Position numbers and translations under genes: made by a program | In this document: piece by piece, positions 25,701 through 43,049 of the stretch | Numbering within the stretch: the first letter of the stretch is position 1 | How the letters are laid out: every line of letters begins with the position of its first letter | The notes under the pieces: generated by a model | Told to the model about the DNA's origin: nothing | Databases searched by the model: none | Seen by the model: the letters and a program-made list of their open reading frames with translations, nothing else | Origin: Utricularia gibba | Lineage: Eukaryota; Plantae; Magnoliophyta | DNA length: 64,000 nt | Reading direction: 5' to 3' | Assembly (NCBI GenBank): GCA_002189035.1 | Contig: CM007989.1 | Span: 7,378,001 to 7,442,000 of the forward strand

Positions 25701-28700
25701 GATGATCGTGTTCCACTTCCTTCAGTTAACTCTGCATAAGAACATTAAATGAAATTGCCTCAACTATATTTGAATGCAAACAATAGTCGAGGGCTATATA
25801 AAAATCACCTGAAGTGATAGCATTCTGATTTCTTTGAGACCAATTCATCAGACGATCCCTCTTCTCAGCAGGGCTTTTGCAGTCACTGCTGTAACTATTT
25901 AACAAACCATATATCATACCCATGTTCATGAGATTAGAAAATCCATGGTAATCTTCAACATTACTAAGCTGCTTTTCAATTATTTTAGCACCACGAAATG
26001 CATCAAGAAGATTCAAGAAAATAGAACAAGCACAAACATCAACCCCGTCAGAGAAAGGGAGCTCCATAGTTGATTTTGCTAAAGAGGCAATCAAGTCATC
26101 CCTTGGAGTAAAACTATTCCATGCCAGCCATGACAGAATTGTCATCAATGCTCTAATCCTAATACTAAAAGGATAAATCACAGAGGTCGAATCCGAAATT
26201 AGTTTTTTACCAACTTTGGCTTCAGTCAGTTTGAGTAACCACGGGATCCTTGTCAAAACAAAATATCTCACTTTCCCATTCCTCTTGATGAGGGAGTCCC
26301 AGTCACAATCAGGATCAGAGGATGATTGAGCGACTAGGGAGAGCAATTCTATGCATGTTTTACTAAGTTCCTGATCTCCAAAATTGACATCAATTATTTT
26401 AGGGAGCTCCTCGGCATCTGATATATTTAATTCAGCTATCTCTGCAGAATCTTCTCCAGTGACTGAAATTAGAGTTTCAAGGTTTTCCTGTATGTCAAGA
26501 TCTCTCCATTCTTGAAGAAGTTCACCAATTGATTCTTCATCACAATGACTTAGAGCAAAGCCTAAGAGAAATTTTTGAGATTTTGAATTTCCAGTCTCAA
26601 GGGATTTGCTCCTGGCAAGAGCAGCACACAAGTCCCAAGCAGAACCATGACCCTTCTTGGCTAAAACAACGCACAGATCAAAAGCCAGCTGCATATCACC
26701 AGCAAAAGCAGCTTCTCTTGCAATAGCTTCTTGAACTCTAGAAATTTCATCCTGTGAGCCCAATCCAAGAAGTCTAGCTATTTCAATCAGTTCCTCGACA
26801 TTCATGTAAGCTCCACTTTGGTTTGTGATAGCCAATTTAATTATTTCCATTCGGTCTTTTATTTGCCTAAATTCCATTGGAAGAAGGTTGACTCCAAAGT
26901 TTGGAAGTTTAAGAATAAGTGCATCAATGATGTCGGCCTCTTCCCTTATGTTCCTGTTGTTAGGTAAAATATTTAAGCATTCCTTAGCCTTCCAAATCTG
27001 TAAAAAAGCTCAGGTCACTGAATAAAAACTCTGAAAAACGTCTTATAAATGCAGAAAACACTATGTGTCAAATAGTACAGTAGAATTATGCCCTAAACTG
27101 AATTCTCGCAAAAAAAAAAAAAAAAATGAAGGCTAAGGAAAATAGGCAAGGATAACTACATTATTTGGAAAAAAACAAAAAGTCTACCATGGTGACCAGA
27201 AAAATACAATTTTACAGTAAGTGTTTTTTCTTTTTCCTTTTTTTTTTTGTAGTAACGAACAGCACAAGGACTGAAAATGCAGAATAACCTCTGGAGAGGT
27301 GAGAGTCGCTGCAGAAAAGAAATACTCCCGTGAAGCTTGAATAACAAGACTTTCGGCTTTATCTGTTGGCAGGATGACAGAATTAATTCCTTTCAAATAG
27401 TTCCTAGCCAAATGAAATCTTCCAGCTTTAAGCAATCCCCTGCAAAACTCCGTCAGCAAATACTCTGAATCTAGAAAAGAAAATGACTTTTCTTGAAGAG
27501 ACTGCAGGTCGCGCCACATGCTTGTCCAGTCATGATCTGTACGGGATGGTTGCCAACGAATGAACTTCGAAATTAAAAGGCGAATTAATTGTTTCACACC
27601 CTTTTCATCCTTTTGCACATCACAAAAGAAGTTCAGTGGTCTTGGAACCTGAGGCAAAACAATGCTGAATGAACTTCAAACTCGTGAATCAATCTCAGCA
27701 ATGGGTTAGAGCATTCACAAAGTTAATGATGCATCAGATGTATGAAGCTGAATGCACAGACTCAACTGCCTACTTTTAACTAATGGCTTCAGCATTCAAG
27801 CAGCTACATTAAATATATTAACATTGATCTAAAATACTTATGAAAGAAGAAAAGTAAAGCTGTACCATATTAGGAACCGCATCATGAGAATCTACACCCT
27901 AAAAATCACTACACAAGCAAAGAGAATGTACACCTTAAACAGTGCGAAGAGTAAATCAATGCAAGAGCAGATTAACCTGATAATATGCCAACAAACGCCC
28001 TGCTTCAACATGATCTTCGACGCTTTTCAGCCTCCTCCTAAGGTCCTCAGCTTCAGTGCCTGAAAAGACTAAATTTGAACAGTTCAGCATCATGTTTGCG
28101 GGTTTTCTTTTTTTTTTTTGCATGGAGTACATAAAGAGGTCGACGAATTAGAAGGAAGAAATCATAAATAATCTTTCCAAGTCCATACATTCTAAGGGTT
28201 TTCATGTGCCAAAAACTGCCTGCATTTTATGTAGCCATTGCACCACCCCCCCCCCCCCCAAAAAAAAAAAAGTTACTTCAAGGCAATTGTAAAAATGTAA
28301 TAGCAAAGAACCAGCCAGAAAAAATGAAAATGCAATGTAAAAGCATACCAAATCACTTCAATTCTTTATGAGAAACTTACACTTCATTTCTGAGAGCTTA
28401 GCCAGAATAGCTGCCATTGCGTTCCACTGATTTGTGTCAGAGCATGCATACACACACCTAAGTGAACAGTCAAACAGCTCCACCTCATCTTTAAAAAGTA
28501 TTGCGTTAGCTACATCCCTGCATCCTTGGTCAATTATTATCAAGCATGTATCTAACTTGTTCTGTAATGCAGTCTCAAACAGCCATCTAACAAGAAATGA
28601 GCCATCTTGGTTCGATGCTTGCAATTTTTGCTGCATAAATGGAACTGCTGTTTTGTACAAGCGTTCAATCACTTCACCACTCTCCACACCCATCATTAAC

Positions 28701-31700
28701 ATCTTGAACTTTTCATAATCTGGTAACTGAGCCCAGTTGGATAGGCTAACCGAGAACTTCACCACATCATCATATTCAGCAGAGTATATGAAGTCACTCA
28801 AACATGAAATGTCTACAAGGAAAGGCTGTAACTCAGATATTCCTTTACGAATTGCCATGTCAACTAAGGCCACACATTTATCAAGCTGGCCACTTAAAGA
28901 GTCGATAGCTATACATCTCTTTGTGTACCAAGATGAGAGTTCAGAAATTGATGGCCACCGAATTGGCATGAGTTTCATTAGTATTGGTTCAGTCAAAAGT
29001 TCGATGCCAAGCTCATGACTTTTTTGAAGTTGTCTAATATAGTTCACCATAGTTTCAGATTCTACCCAATCTTCATGTCTGAGAATAACAGTGGAAGGAG
29101 CAGAAACTGCTGGAAGTAAATTCCCATAGGATTCAATTGAAACTGTCTCTGGGATAGCATCTAAAACTTCAAATATTGAAGGGAGCAAAGAAAATGAGTG
29201 GCGCTTCAAAAGAAGGTTTAAAGCCTCAATTTTTCCATGCTCTGCAAGTCCAATGGCGACCTTGCTGATTGGAAGACCACGGAATTTTCTGTACTCCTTG
29301 GCTGAGTACCTGCAAACCAAGGCATACAGCTGAATTTCAGGGAAGAAGACGTGTGCAGGTGGCCAACAAATAAAAACAGTGCAGCTGCATTTGAAAAAGC
29401 TCCATATCATACTTTAAAAATGCCAAAAGGCTTCCGAAAAAGCAATGCTGGGAATTCTTCCGCCCTTTAAAAAAGGCAGTTACTACAAAGAGATAAATGT
29501 GCTTGTTTGAAGTGTGTAACATTATAAAGGATAACGAGACTACAGAAGCACATAACAAAAAGTAAGCATCAATGACAAAACTATGCTGAAACAAGATATT
29601 TGAGAAGGAAAGCTGGTTGACATCTCATGGCCATAGAAAGAGGAATATCTGCAAAGAATTTACTTATGTAGAGCAGTGACCTCGCATTATCACCTGCCCA
29701 TATTTATCACAACAAATGTCTCAAGCCTGTCTCCAAACTGTAATAATTGGAGTCTTTTTAAACGAAAATCCCAGATCTGGTCATCCTTCTCATTTTCTAG
29801 CTCAGACATACAATAAGAATCTGTTAACTGGAGACCCAAAGAAAGCAAAGACCTCATTGCTGCTTCATTCGTTCCCACTACGGTCACACACTCGGTCAGC
29901 ACAAAAACAACATCCTTGATATTGGACAGCACATTAATTACATGTTGTACTACTTTTTCAGAAGATATCCACTGAGATTTCAGAACTTCATCTTTGTCAA
30001 GCCCATGATGCTCAGCGAAGCGCATAGCAGCTTCATGTTGATGACTAGCAATTAGTTTGTCATAAACCTGAACGGATGATATGCACGTGAATGATAATAA
30101 ACTCCATTCCAGCTTTGCAAACTCGAGATTTTCAGACATCAATTGTGTAAGATTCCTTATTTCTTCAAATGATCCATGTTGGTCATCAGATAAGGTATTC
30201 TCTAATAGAAAAACCATCCCTGGTGAGTGTTGTGGTCTCTCTAGAAGGGGCATTGAGCATACAAGGTCAGACTTTGAGACAGTCTCATAATCATAACAGT
30301 CAATCATTGTGATGGAACCATTCCTTTTTGCTAATACAAGTACATCATTCGACCACCAATTGAAATCAATGACATCAGGGATAACTTCAGGACCACTTTT
30401 TGAGGCATCAAAACCCACTCGGGCATTTCTACTACAAAAAGTTCTAAATAGGCTGCACTTATCTTCATCCAACTGAAAAGTAAATAGGCAACTATTCACA
30501 TCCAAAGAAGCAACAGTCTTTCCATTTGGAGAAAACAAAACTTTCCCATATGCCAGTGAAGGATATCCTTTCCTAGGGGTGTATGAACCTTCATATCCAG
30601 CATAAGTAACCAGTTCCATCTGTGTGTCTCTTTTTCTCCACACAGAAAGAATGGAGGATCCTACAGGAAAATAATGAAATATTAAGTATAATACACTCCA
30701 TACCCATCCTTATTTGAAAGAGAAAAATAAGATATTGAATCAAATTAACAAATCGAACACGGGGAAAATGTGTCCTAGCAATATAGTAAGGCATGATGAC
30801 ATGTTTTCTTTGACCTTGAATGTTCCTGGATGAGATATGCGTCCAGGCTTTCCTATTGTTAAGTATGAAAATGCCACGTGAAAAACAAAAAAAAAGGAGG
30901 CTGGGATTTCTTCTATTACGAAAATTATGCCTGTCAATATACACTCAATCATAAATTTTCAGGTGAAGGTATAACTGAATTTAGTTTCATGTGATGGTAA
31001 ATATACCTGGGAATAAAAACGAATCATGATAACTGTAACAGCGAAAAAGCATATTAATGAATTAGAGAGTCAATAAAGTACCACCGTTTCCAAATAATGC
31101 TGATTGATTATCACCAGCACTACTGATAAAAACAAATAAAGAATTTTTTGGTTGATAGTCCCAGCATACTATTTTCAGGGGAAACTCTCTTAGCATCAGC
31201 GAACTGCTCAATGACTGCCTTGAGAAAATAGAGGTGCACGGATCCTTTGAGAACTCAATATCATGAAATGAACCATCAGAAACAACAACGGTAAACATAT
31301 ACCTGAAAAAGTTTGATAATAGTTTTAGGAAAAAGTTCAAGCATAGGCTGGAAAATCTTCCACCAAAAAACTCACAAGTTAGCAGCAGAAGCATTATCCT
31401 GGACAATCAGGCCAACAATATGTGCAGAAGCTGCTAGATTCTTCTTTAGAATTCTGGTCATTTCTTCACCATTTGGTTTGACCAAGTGGAGAGTATCATT
31501 ATCATCAACAACACCAAGCAATTCATGGCACTCCGACCAGGCTCCACAAGTGAATTTGACTCCACTCCCACCTTCATCCACCAAAGTGAGAGAGTAAATT
31601 TTCGATCCATATAGAAAAATTTGATATTTTCGTTATAAAAAGAAAAAAACATAGAGCAATAATGTTATAGATGACTGAAAAGAATCAACTAACACCAGCA

Positions 31701-32427
31701 ACTTCTCACAATAGAAACAAGTTAAATAACTCATGCGATGATTTCAAATTCAGCACTAACTACAATAAACCTTACATGTGAAAAATCCTACTGGTTCCTG
31801 GTAGTCATTATCCTTCTGAAGGATGGTTATTTGATTGCCACAGGCAACAGCAACATAATCAGCCCTCGGAGAAACATACAAGGACAAGGGTCTTCCAAAT
31901 CTTTGTTGTTGACCCCATTTCTCTTTCAATCGAGTAATTCCTTCAATGTGAAAACATCATTTACAGATGTGGCTAGTTAGCGATGACCAAAATTATCAAG
32001 TATCACCTACTGCAATAAAACTATGTTCGGACCCCTCTTGCTCATGAATTGAACCGGAACTTCATTTTCAGGATAGAATTATTTTTCAAAGACGAAAAAT
32101 TCAACTTTGATGAAACAGCCTCCGGCACAACACTTGATCATGATAATGAATTATCATAATACAATTCTGAAAATTAGCTAAATCGCCACACCAATAGCAC
32201 AAGGGCGTTACGATTGGCACCTGACAATGACAAATAAGAGCGTAGTCCCCCTCCATCTTCTCCTTTTAGCTGAAATAATCAAATTACAATGATAATCGCA
32301 TAAGGTCAATATAATGAAAAATTAAATATAGAAGACACACCTGCTGTGAAGGTTGTTTGCCTGAAGAACAACGCTTCGATGCATGCCGACGAGTCTCAAA
32401 GTAAACTTCACGCGCCGCCTCCTCCAT
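22770..32427 (-). CDS. MIP2: MAG2-interacting protein 2 (NBAS/Sec39-like ER tethering subunit)
   Basis: The N-terminus MEEAAREVYFETRRHAS matches plant MIP2. A beta-propeller-type region follows (LSLYVSPRADYVAVACGNQITILQKDNDYQEPVG, GAWSECHELLGVVDD), then the Sec39-like region (LETFVVINMGRYS, LSGQLDKC, EFCRGLLKAGRFHLARNYL). A large last exon of about 2.6 kb contains DDWDEGWESF. Long open exons at 29690-30643, 28358-29410, 25726-26877 and 22770-25403. Confidence 0.92.
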
Positions 32428-32586
32428 GACACAACCATGAAAGCAACAGAAAAAGCGCTTTTACAGCAACCAATACAAGCTTAGCTGGCCTTTCTCACGG
32501 CGATCGGAAAATCCCTGAACCTCCGAACGACGCGGAATTGACAGTGATCTGAGATCCTCAACATTTTTTCTAGAATTATTTTTTTC

Positions 32587-32617
32587 TGGGCCTTAGCCCA
32601 GTATTATGTATTGGGCC
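32587..32617. promoter_or_regulatory. Three site II (TCP) elements in the divergent MIP2/Yippee promoter
   Basis: TGGGCC at 32587-32592, AGCCCA at 32595-32600 and TGGGCC at 32612-32617. Confidence 0.6.
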
Positions 32618-33067
32618 AGTACTCTACTGTAATCTGTTCATCATCAGTGCACATCAGTTTGCTTTTTCTGTGATTCGAGGAGTTTTCTCGCTTCACGTTT
32701 TTAGCTACTCGATTTCCTTTATCAATTTCCAAGCTTTCCCGGGTGCGCAATTAGCGTATCCTCTACTATTTGTATATTGATTTGGGATACATTTGATTCA
32801 GAAGTTGAAGAATCTCGCCGTTTGTGTTTTGGTTTTTCACTTTCTTTGTAAGTTACGAATAGTATATTGATGGGGTTCTCGCCATGGATGATTGTTAATT
32901 TGCGATATTTTCTCGGTTTCAGCAAATATTGCTGGCCTCCCTGCTGCAGCTTGGAGCGAAGGGCCAATAGTACAGTATCTTCGTCTATGTGTACATTGGT
33001 CTTTGATCTTTTTCTTCACTGTTTTCAAACTAGATTTATTGTGTAGGTGGGGGCTTTCTGATCTGTA

Positions 33068-33848
33068 ATGAGTGAATTCGTCGGCCCTCGTCTGTACTGC
33101 TGCTGCAAGTGCCGGAATTATGTTTGCCGTCATGATGATATAATCTCCAAGGCGTTTCAGGTGCATGTTCTTTTTTTATGGCAATAACTTTAAGCGTTGA
33201 TCCATGGTAAAAAGAGAAACTTTCAATCGAAGGACATGTGCTCCTATTTTCAACTAGCTATCATGCATTTCTTCCCTTGCATAAGTACAGCACAAAGTGT
33301 GCATTAAAGTCTTGGCAAACTATTTGGCTACGTTTTGAGGTAGTGCTTCAAGTTATGTTATAGGATGCTGCTAGAATCTTGATCACAGGCAGTACCTTGA
33401 GGACAAGTACTATGAACATCTCCCTCTTAGAACTTAGTAAAAGTTACTCTCCAAACACTTCTTCAATATAAACATATCATTACCTGGATGTTGTTCTATG
33501 TGCTTGCTGAGGTTGAACGAGTCTCTTTCTTTCTGGAACAATGTAGAGCTACCTCACTTCTACTGATTCTCTAAACTACTATTGCCATCTTAAACAAGCA
33601 TGTGCCATTTGTTTCAGGGAAGGCATGGCCGAGCTTTTCTATTCTCCCACGCCATGAATGTGGACTGTGGAGCAAAGGAGGATAGGCGTCTAGTCACTGG
33701 TCTCCACACAGTGCGCGACATTCATTGCCACGACTGCAACCAGGTTCTGGGGTGGAAATATGTCCACGCCCATGAACCATCCCAGAAGTACAAAGAAGGT
33801 AAATTCATATTTGAGAAGTCCAAAATCGTCAAGGGGGATGACTGGTAG
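33068..33848 (+). CDS. Yippee-like zinc-binding protein
   Basis: Exons 33068-33160 and 33618-33848. Protein: [31 protein letters not shown]|[15 protein letters not shown]...[43 protein letters not shown]. Two CxxC pairs. Confidence 0.95.
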
Positions 33849-34279
33849 GCCATCTTCATCCTCCATGGGGGTTAACGGTGCTTTCCATGTAAAATGTGTT
33901 ATTCCATGGTATGCTTGCTATTTTGTACAGAAACTGCATAAGCTCATGTGGGGTGGGGTTCTGTGAATATGTGTCCATTTGGATGTCCATTTGTATCTCC
34001 TGGCGTAATCGCCTGAACCATGATTCAAAAGTCCTTAATCTGGTTTAGCCATGATTTAATGGACGAATGAGTGGTGTCAGATGAACAAGTTTCAGACCTT
34101 GTAAATTAAATTTTTATTGAAAAGGAGTAGGTGCCAGATTGATTAAAGAACTTTATAGAATAAATTTTTTTGAAGTTGGGGAATATCAGAACCTACGTAG
34201 GTTCTCATGAAAGGGCTGTGCTGCAAAAACTATTCAAAAATAAACATGCGCCGGAAGCACCCTACAAAACAATACTCAT

Positions 34280-36774
<2,495 letters not shown>

Positions 36775-37171
36775 GTCCGGACAAAAAAAAAATCCATCTA
36801 TAAATAATCTAACAAAAAACAACTGAACCACGGCGCACATTCCCTCTCAGCACCTAAATAGTACAGATCGCTGAGGGCATCAAACTGGAACGAACCGCCA
36901 ATGGAATTAAACGAATGTATACAGAAACAGCCGATAACTAAATCATAATCTACGAAATACAAATGCAATGCATACCGATTAGAACGAATCCGAGGACGAT
37001 TGAAGACGACCTCATCTTCAAAACAGCCGCGATTCAACCAGAGCCTCTGAGATCTACGCTTAGGTCGCTTGGTTCTACTTTCTACGTTGCGAACTGGGCT
37101 TCTAGAGTGCTTCAGAGCCCGGAGGGGGCCTTATATAGACAACCTCTGTGCATCATTCCCTCGTCACTCGT

Positions 37172-37305
37172 GATGATGTGGACCAATGAAATATTTGTCT
37201 TGAGCCTCTGGTGATTTGTTATTCGAGCATTGCTGCGTGGACACCGGTGCATAGAAAGACCACGAACACGGGATTATTGTGTCACAAGTGCTGACGTGGT
37301 CCAAT
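37172..37305 (-). promoter_or_regulatory. ER-stress elements (ERSE-II/UPRE-like) in the BiP promoter
   Basis: The minus strand has ATTGGACCACGTCA at 37305-37292 (ERSE-II ATTGG-N-CCACG; TGACGTGG on the plus strand) and ATTGGTCCACATCATC at 37187-37172 (one mismatch to the plant UPRE ATTGGTCCACGTCATC). TATATAA lies at 37137-37131. Confidence 0.8.
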
Positions 37306-37944
37306 CACATCAAGAGAGATAAGCCAGAGCCAATAGAAATTTTCCGCCAACTTGGCGATCTCTCTGCCGTCGATCTGGCCATCCTACGATCTGTGAATTC
37401 TCATTTTTTATAAATTCCTCCGCGTAGTATGGACTTTGCTCAGGTGGCTTGTCAAATTATTATTGACAAAGTATTCCAGAAATCTCATTATTTATTAGCT
37501 AATGCATTGTTTAAGAAACCATGATTGAATTTACAGTTTTGAAAGATAAATCGTTTATGATTGATATTTAATTAAATTTAAATTAATATAAAATAGACAA
37601 AATCAATCATAATTCAATAATATTTATGCTTTGATTTAATCAAGAAAAATATCATTTTTTAAACAAATAATGAAGAATTCAATCACATTTTGAATTGCAA
37701 TTAAATCATTCAAATTATAATTGATAATATAAACGATTTTACATTTTTAAAACATAATAATTGGACGTAATTAATAACAAAAAGATTGTCATTACCGCGG
37801 GTCAAGGTGGACTCATCAAGACAAAACAATCAACGCCCCAAAAACGAAGGTAGTTACCCCAATTTTAGATCATGCCTAAAAACGTTCGTTGGAGCATACG
37901 ATGAGTACGAGGAGGGACATCGATCGGACGCATCCTCCTCCCAC

Positions 37945-37952
37945 CACGTGTC
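37945..37952 (+). promoter_or_regulatory. ABRE/G-box upstream of the LEA gene
   Basis: CACGTGTC about 85 bp upstream of the LEA ATG, as expected for an ABA-induced seed gene. Confidence 0.55.
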
Positions 37953-38033
37953 CGGTGGCGGTCTTACTGAAAACGCCGATGGGCACCAATAAAACCCCAA
38001 CCCGAACACAATCCAAATAACCGTCTAAAGAAG

Positions 38034-38586
38034 ATGAGCCAACAAAAGCTGTTTAGGACCGCCGAGGCCCATGAATCCTTGGAGCAAGTGAAACACCTCC
38101 CTCGAGGAGAAATAACCATCGGAGAAGCACTTGAGGCGACCGCCCTTACGGCCGGACACCGGCCCGTGGATTATAGAGATGCCGCCGCGATTCAGGCGGC
38201 CGAGGTCAGAGCCACCGGAAGAACCAATATCATCCCAGGCGGTGTTGCGGCTGCGGCTCAATCCGCGGCCACTCGCAATGCCAGGCTCCCTCGTGATGAG
38301 GATAAGACTAAGCTCGCGGAGATTCTCACGGTTGTATCCCTCTCCCCAAATGAGTTTGAGATCATCCATTTTTACGTTGTTGTGGTTGCAGGACGCAAGT
38401 TCAAAGCTTCCGTCGGATAAGCCGGTGACACGAAGAGACGCGGAGGGGGTGATCGGAGCAGAACTGAGGAACGACCCGAATCTGTGCACTCGCCCCGGCG
38501 GAGTTGCGGCCTCTCTTGCCGCCGCCGCAAGGCTTAACCAGTCAAACTATTCTCCCACCAGCCCCAACGGCAACAAGCACTTCTAA
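38034..38586 (+). CDS. LEA protein of the SMP/D-34 family (two-repeat, LEA47-like form)
   Basis: Exons 38034-38330 and 38392-38586. Motifs ITIGEALEATA...DAAAIQAAEVRATGRTNIIPGGVAAAAQSAA and LPSDKPVTRRDAEGVIGAELRNDP...PGGVAASLAAAARLN. Confidence 0.93.
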
Positions 38587-39533
38587 ACCATCTTCGTAGT
38601 CAGATCCCAGGGCTTTTCTTGGAATAAAGTGGGGCAGATGAACCACCTCGGACAAGACAAGTTATTACATCACCGTGTTGAACACCAAACCGTCTTTTGA
38701 AACTGCTTTTTTTGTACTGAATTTCGTGCACACGAGTGCCATTGTAAGTACGTGCTCTGGCTGTTTCTTTATAACAACGAATTTACAATAATTGATCATG
38801 CGTTGACCCGGTCATAATGGACTGCGCGCGTCTCTCCACGCTCGTTCCAATCGTTGACTTTATGTATCCGTCCTTCCATCTATTATCGTTCTTTTTTAAC
38901 GCATAGTAAAAAAGGGCGCCAAAATTGACCTAAATGGTTGAATAATTGGAACGTCAACCGCCAATAGATTGGATGTACGAAAATAATTTACTATTTGGAA
39001 TAGCTTCTTATTTAAAATAATTTTATTATCAAGAGATTCTTATTTTTAAAGAAGAAAAATATTAAATAATTTTTATTTTTAAAATATTGTAGATGTGACA
39101 TCATACTCCATGGCTGCGTGCACTTTCGATATAATTGATGCTGGGGGCACATTTGACCTTGGGAAGAGGGCGTAAGGTAACGATAAGTAATTATTAAGAT
39201 ATTAATTTGATTACTATAAATATTTTGATTAATGAGAATCTAATAAGTTGGTTTACGGAGAAGTGATAGACTAATTACTGATATTTGGGGGGAGGAAGGG
39301 ACGTGGCAATTGCTAGGGAAGTCCTGGGCAGGGTACGAAGATAAAGATGTTATACATAAATACGTTCACATTTTGAATCGGATGCATCACATCTATATAT
39401 ATCTGGAACGGAGGGGCGTTCTCGTCTCCTCCATGTTAGTTCATTTTGCTGCTTCGGAAACAGTCGACCCGCATAAGGCGCACGCGCCTCCCTCACTCTC
39501 CATTTTCATCTCTTTCCAGATCTTCCCGCGAAG

Positions 39534-42359
39534 ATGCCTCTCTGCGATGTGCGTCAGACGAGAAGAGGCGGCGACGCGGCGATCGCCGGGGAAGGGATCG
39601 GAATCTTCTACCAAACGTACGGCGGAGGACCGGTGAAAGTGCTCCTGATCGTCGGTAACGATATTCGATTTCCTTTCTCTGATTTTCCAGGCGAATGGAT
39701 GAGCCATAGATCGGGGTACGGATTCTTGTTTTTGTTGATTGTGAACTGAAATTCGAGACCGAATGTCTCAGGATTTGCTGGAACGCACGACTGTTGGCGG
39801 CCGCAAATTAGATGCCTTGCGGGACGGACAGGCCTAACGATGAGGACGGCGGCGAATCTGAGATCGGCGGCGGGAGCGGCGTGGAGGTTTGCGCTTTCGA
39901 TAACAGAGGAATGGGACGCAGCTCAATCCCCAACAAGAAATCGCAATACACGTGAGTTATCAAAACTAATCATCTCGTTAATCCAATTCCTAATTTGATT
40001 TTTCAACAAACAATCATCGCCTTGAATTTTTTCCCAAATTTGTTCTTTACAATTTTGGTAGAGTTTGAAAAATTGAACCTGTGTTTCTCTTCTTGTGGGA
40101 AGTGGAAGAAGTCCAAACATAGACTGGTAGGGGACTGGATTCCTAATCCTCAGAATCAACGGACACGATTTCGTTGACCGGAAAATTAGTCATTTCCAAG
40201 TTTGAATGATTTGGTAGTAATGGGGGATTTGTGTAGTAATTAATGATTGTTTAGTCGTTCAATAATTCCGTTTGAAGAGTCTAAATTTGGGCTCACATTT
40301 GGATAGGACAAGCAAGATGGCGAAAGACGCAATCGCGCTGATGGATCATTTGGGCTGGGAGCAAGCCCATGTCTTCGGCCACTCAATGGGTGAGCAACCC
40401 ACGAGTGTGGCGCACCCCTTATTTTTCTCTCGTCTAAAATTTACAATATTTAAAACCTAGTTTTGTTTCTTTTTTATTTTTCTCTTTTTCCAGAATTATT
40501 TTCAGTAAATTCTCCCTATTTTTTAAATAATAAATATTTTTAGATTTTTTAATATAAATAATTATGTTTTATGATAAAATTATTTTAGAACATTTTTTAA
40601 AAGTACAAGTTGTTTTAATTAGATACGTAAACAAATTATTAGTTTTGTTTCAACACGATTGACACATTCTACCATACGATATACTCGAAATTGAATATTT
40701 AATATAATATTTAAATAAAATTATCATATAGAACGTGGAATTAAAATTTATATTTAGAACAGTTTATATTTTTACAGAAATATTCAACAAATAGTTTTTT
40801 TCTATCAAATAGAGGCATTTCTCATACAACTTAAATTTTTACTTTTTCAAAAGTAATTTATATCAAAGAGAGCCATAGTGACCCGAGGCTAGAATGAAAG
40901 GATTGTTTTTTTCCGTGTTCTTTGTATAGTTATAAAATAAATAAATAGGATAGTTTATTATTATTGTACCTTTTATATTAAAAAAAATAGTCTTTTGATA
41001 GTTCGTATAAATTCTTGTGCTGCAAATTTGTTATAATGGGAGACTTCTTGAAGCAATTTTTTGGGGCATTTGCAGGGGCATGATCGCCTGTAAGATGGCG
41101 GCTATGGTACCACAAAGAGTTTCTTCATTGGCTCTGCTGAACGTAACTGGTGGAGGTTATGAATGCATCCCGAAGGTAAAGTAAAGGTTTCGATTCGATC
41201 TCCGGGGCGCTGCGCTTGTGTATCATGAGATTGAACCACTGGTCTGCGTGATAGATCGGACGTGTAACCGTGTCCCTGGCAATGCGCTTCTTGAGGGCAA
41301 CAACTCCAGAGATGAGAGCAGCTGTTGATCTAGAAACACACTATTCAATGGTTAGCACAGTTGGTTACCTTCTCCTTTTTTTTCTCATCGGTGTTGATAG
41401 AACTTGGATTTTATACGGCCTTCTTCCTGCAGAAATACCTGGAAGAGAAGATCGAAAACACGACAAGAAGATCGCTTTTATTCAATGTAAGATGGATGCT
41501 CCTTGGGATGTATCAGAGTTCTGGAGGGTTTCTATCACTGTAGTCACATTTTATCTGATTCTGCCGAGCAGGAGTACGTAAAGAATATAAAAGCATCGGG
41601 AATGCAATCAAGACATGGATTCGAAGGGCAGCTACATGCCTGCTGGACTCATGTGGTGACCAGAGCCGAGATCGAGTCAATCCGGGCTGCAGCATTCCCT
41701 GTTTCGGTCATCCATGGCAGGTAAATTGAGTTGCATTGCACCACTCTATCTAAGAATTCCTGAGTAATCACTATCAATTTGCTCCGAGAGTGACGGTCAT
41801 TCAATGATGCAGAGACGACATTATCGCTCAGTCGAGGCATGCCAAGCGGCTTGCGGAGAAGTTATATCCATCTGCAAGAATGATTGAAGTGAGTGGCGGC
41901 CATCAGCTGATGCACGAGAGACCCGAAGAGGTACACTTGGCCAAGTTTGCTTAATGGGAATCCCCACGAAACTCGGAGATCTAACTACAAGTTTCCTTTA
42001 CAAATCATATCTTCAGGTGAATAAATCTCTGATTGAGTTGATAAAGGCATCCAAATGCATTACAAATCTACATGAGTGGACGAACATTTCGAACAGAAGC
42101 AGCAGCGGTAACTTTGGATTATGTGCATCTTTCTTCATAAAATAATAGCTCATTGCAATTCTCTTCTACGTTTTCAGGATCGGAAGCTTCTGCAATCACG
42201 TTGTGGACGACAAAAAGTTCATTGTTCGTTAGCTGCACACTCGACAAACTTTGTGTTTTCCTAATATACATGCTAAGCATCTTCGCATTGGCTTTCAGCC
42301 ACCTTCGAAGAGGCGTGAAAAGAATTAAGCCTATAAGAGTTGGACCTGCTCTCACTTAA
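39534..42359 (+). CDS. Alpha/beta-hydrolase (10 exons) with a hydrophobic C-terminal segment; two apparent 1-nt deletions
   Basis: Motifs IFYQTYGGGPVKVLLIVG, EVCAFDNRGMGRS, nucleophile elbow GHSMG, VIHGRDD (Asp) and GGHQLMHERPEE (His). Exon 2 (39772-39951, 180 nt) and exon 4 (41076-41175, 100 nt) are each 1 nt short of their splice phases, at G runs 39821-39823 and 41075-41078. Confidence 0.9.
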
Positions 42360-43049
42360 ACCGGATCAAGATTTCAGAAGAGAAGGTGACCGTAAGGACA
42401 GTCGTGGAGATAGAAACTACTCGCCGGCTCCGTCCCCCCTTCTCATTTTGTTCCACTCTGATCAAATGGGAAGCTGCGTTCTTTACTTTCTCCTTCAGCT
42501 TTGTGAAGGGAAAGTGCAGCAGCTTCATGAACGCAATTTTACTCTGTAACTCAGGGAGTTTGATTATATGTGCAATGATTATTCTGCCCGGGGAGTAGAG
42601 TTTTTATAAGGCTATTGTTATTTCCAGGAAGATCGTCGCCGTCCTTCCAACTACTCCACATCAATGATGCATTCAATTTAAAATGGTTGGTTGGCAGGGT
42701 AACATTTTTTTTGTCTGAAGTTTGCAGTTGGAAATCTTTCGGAAAAAAAAACTGCAATTTCGATCTCCAAATACAAAATTTCGTCTGCCGCCATTCGTGC
42801 GACAAAATTGTCATATATTTATTCTGTGTGCGGGAATCTGCGGCAGAAGATCCGCAGTATCATCATCTTCTTCATTTAAGATGCATTACAGAGGGTAGTC
42901 GGAAGGGAGGCGATTGGCTGGACTTCACTCTTACTTACTTTACTAGTGTTGCCGTTTATATTGATTATTCTTTTTCAGGGCAGAATTCGAGGAAAATTTT
43001 TGGCGGGTTGGTTTTACTTCAAAAGGAGAAAAGAATATATTTTTCTTTT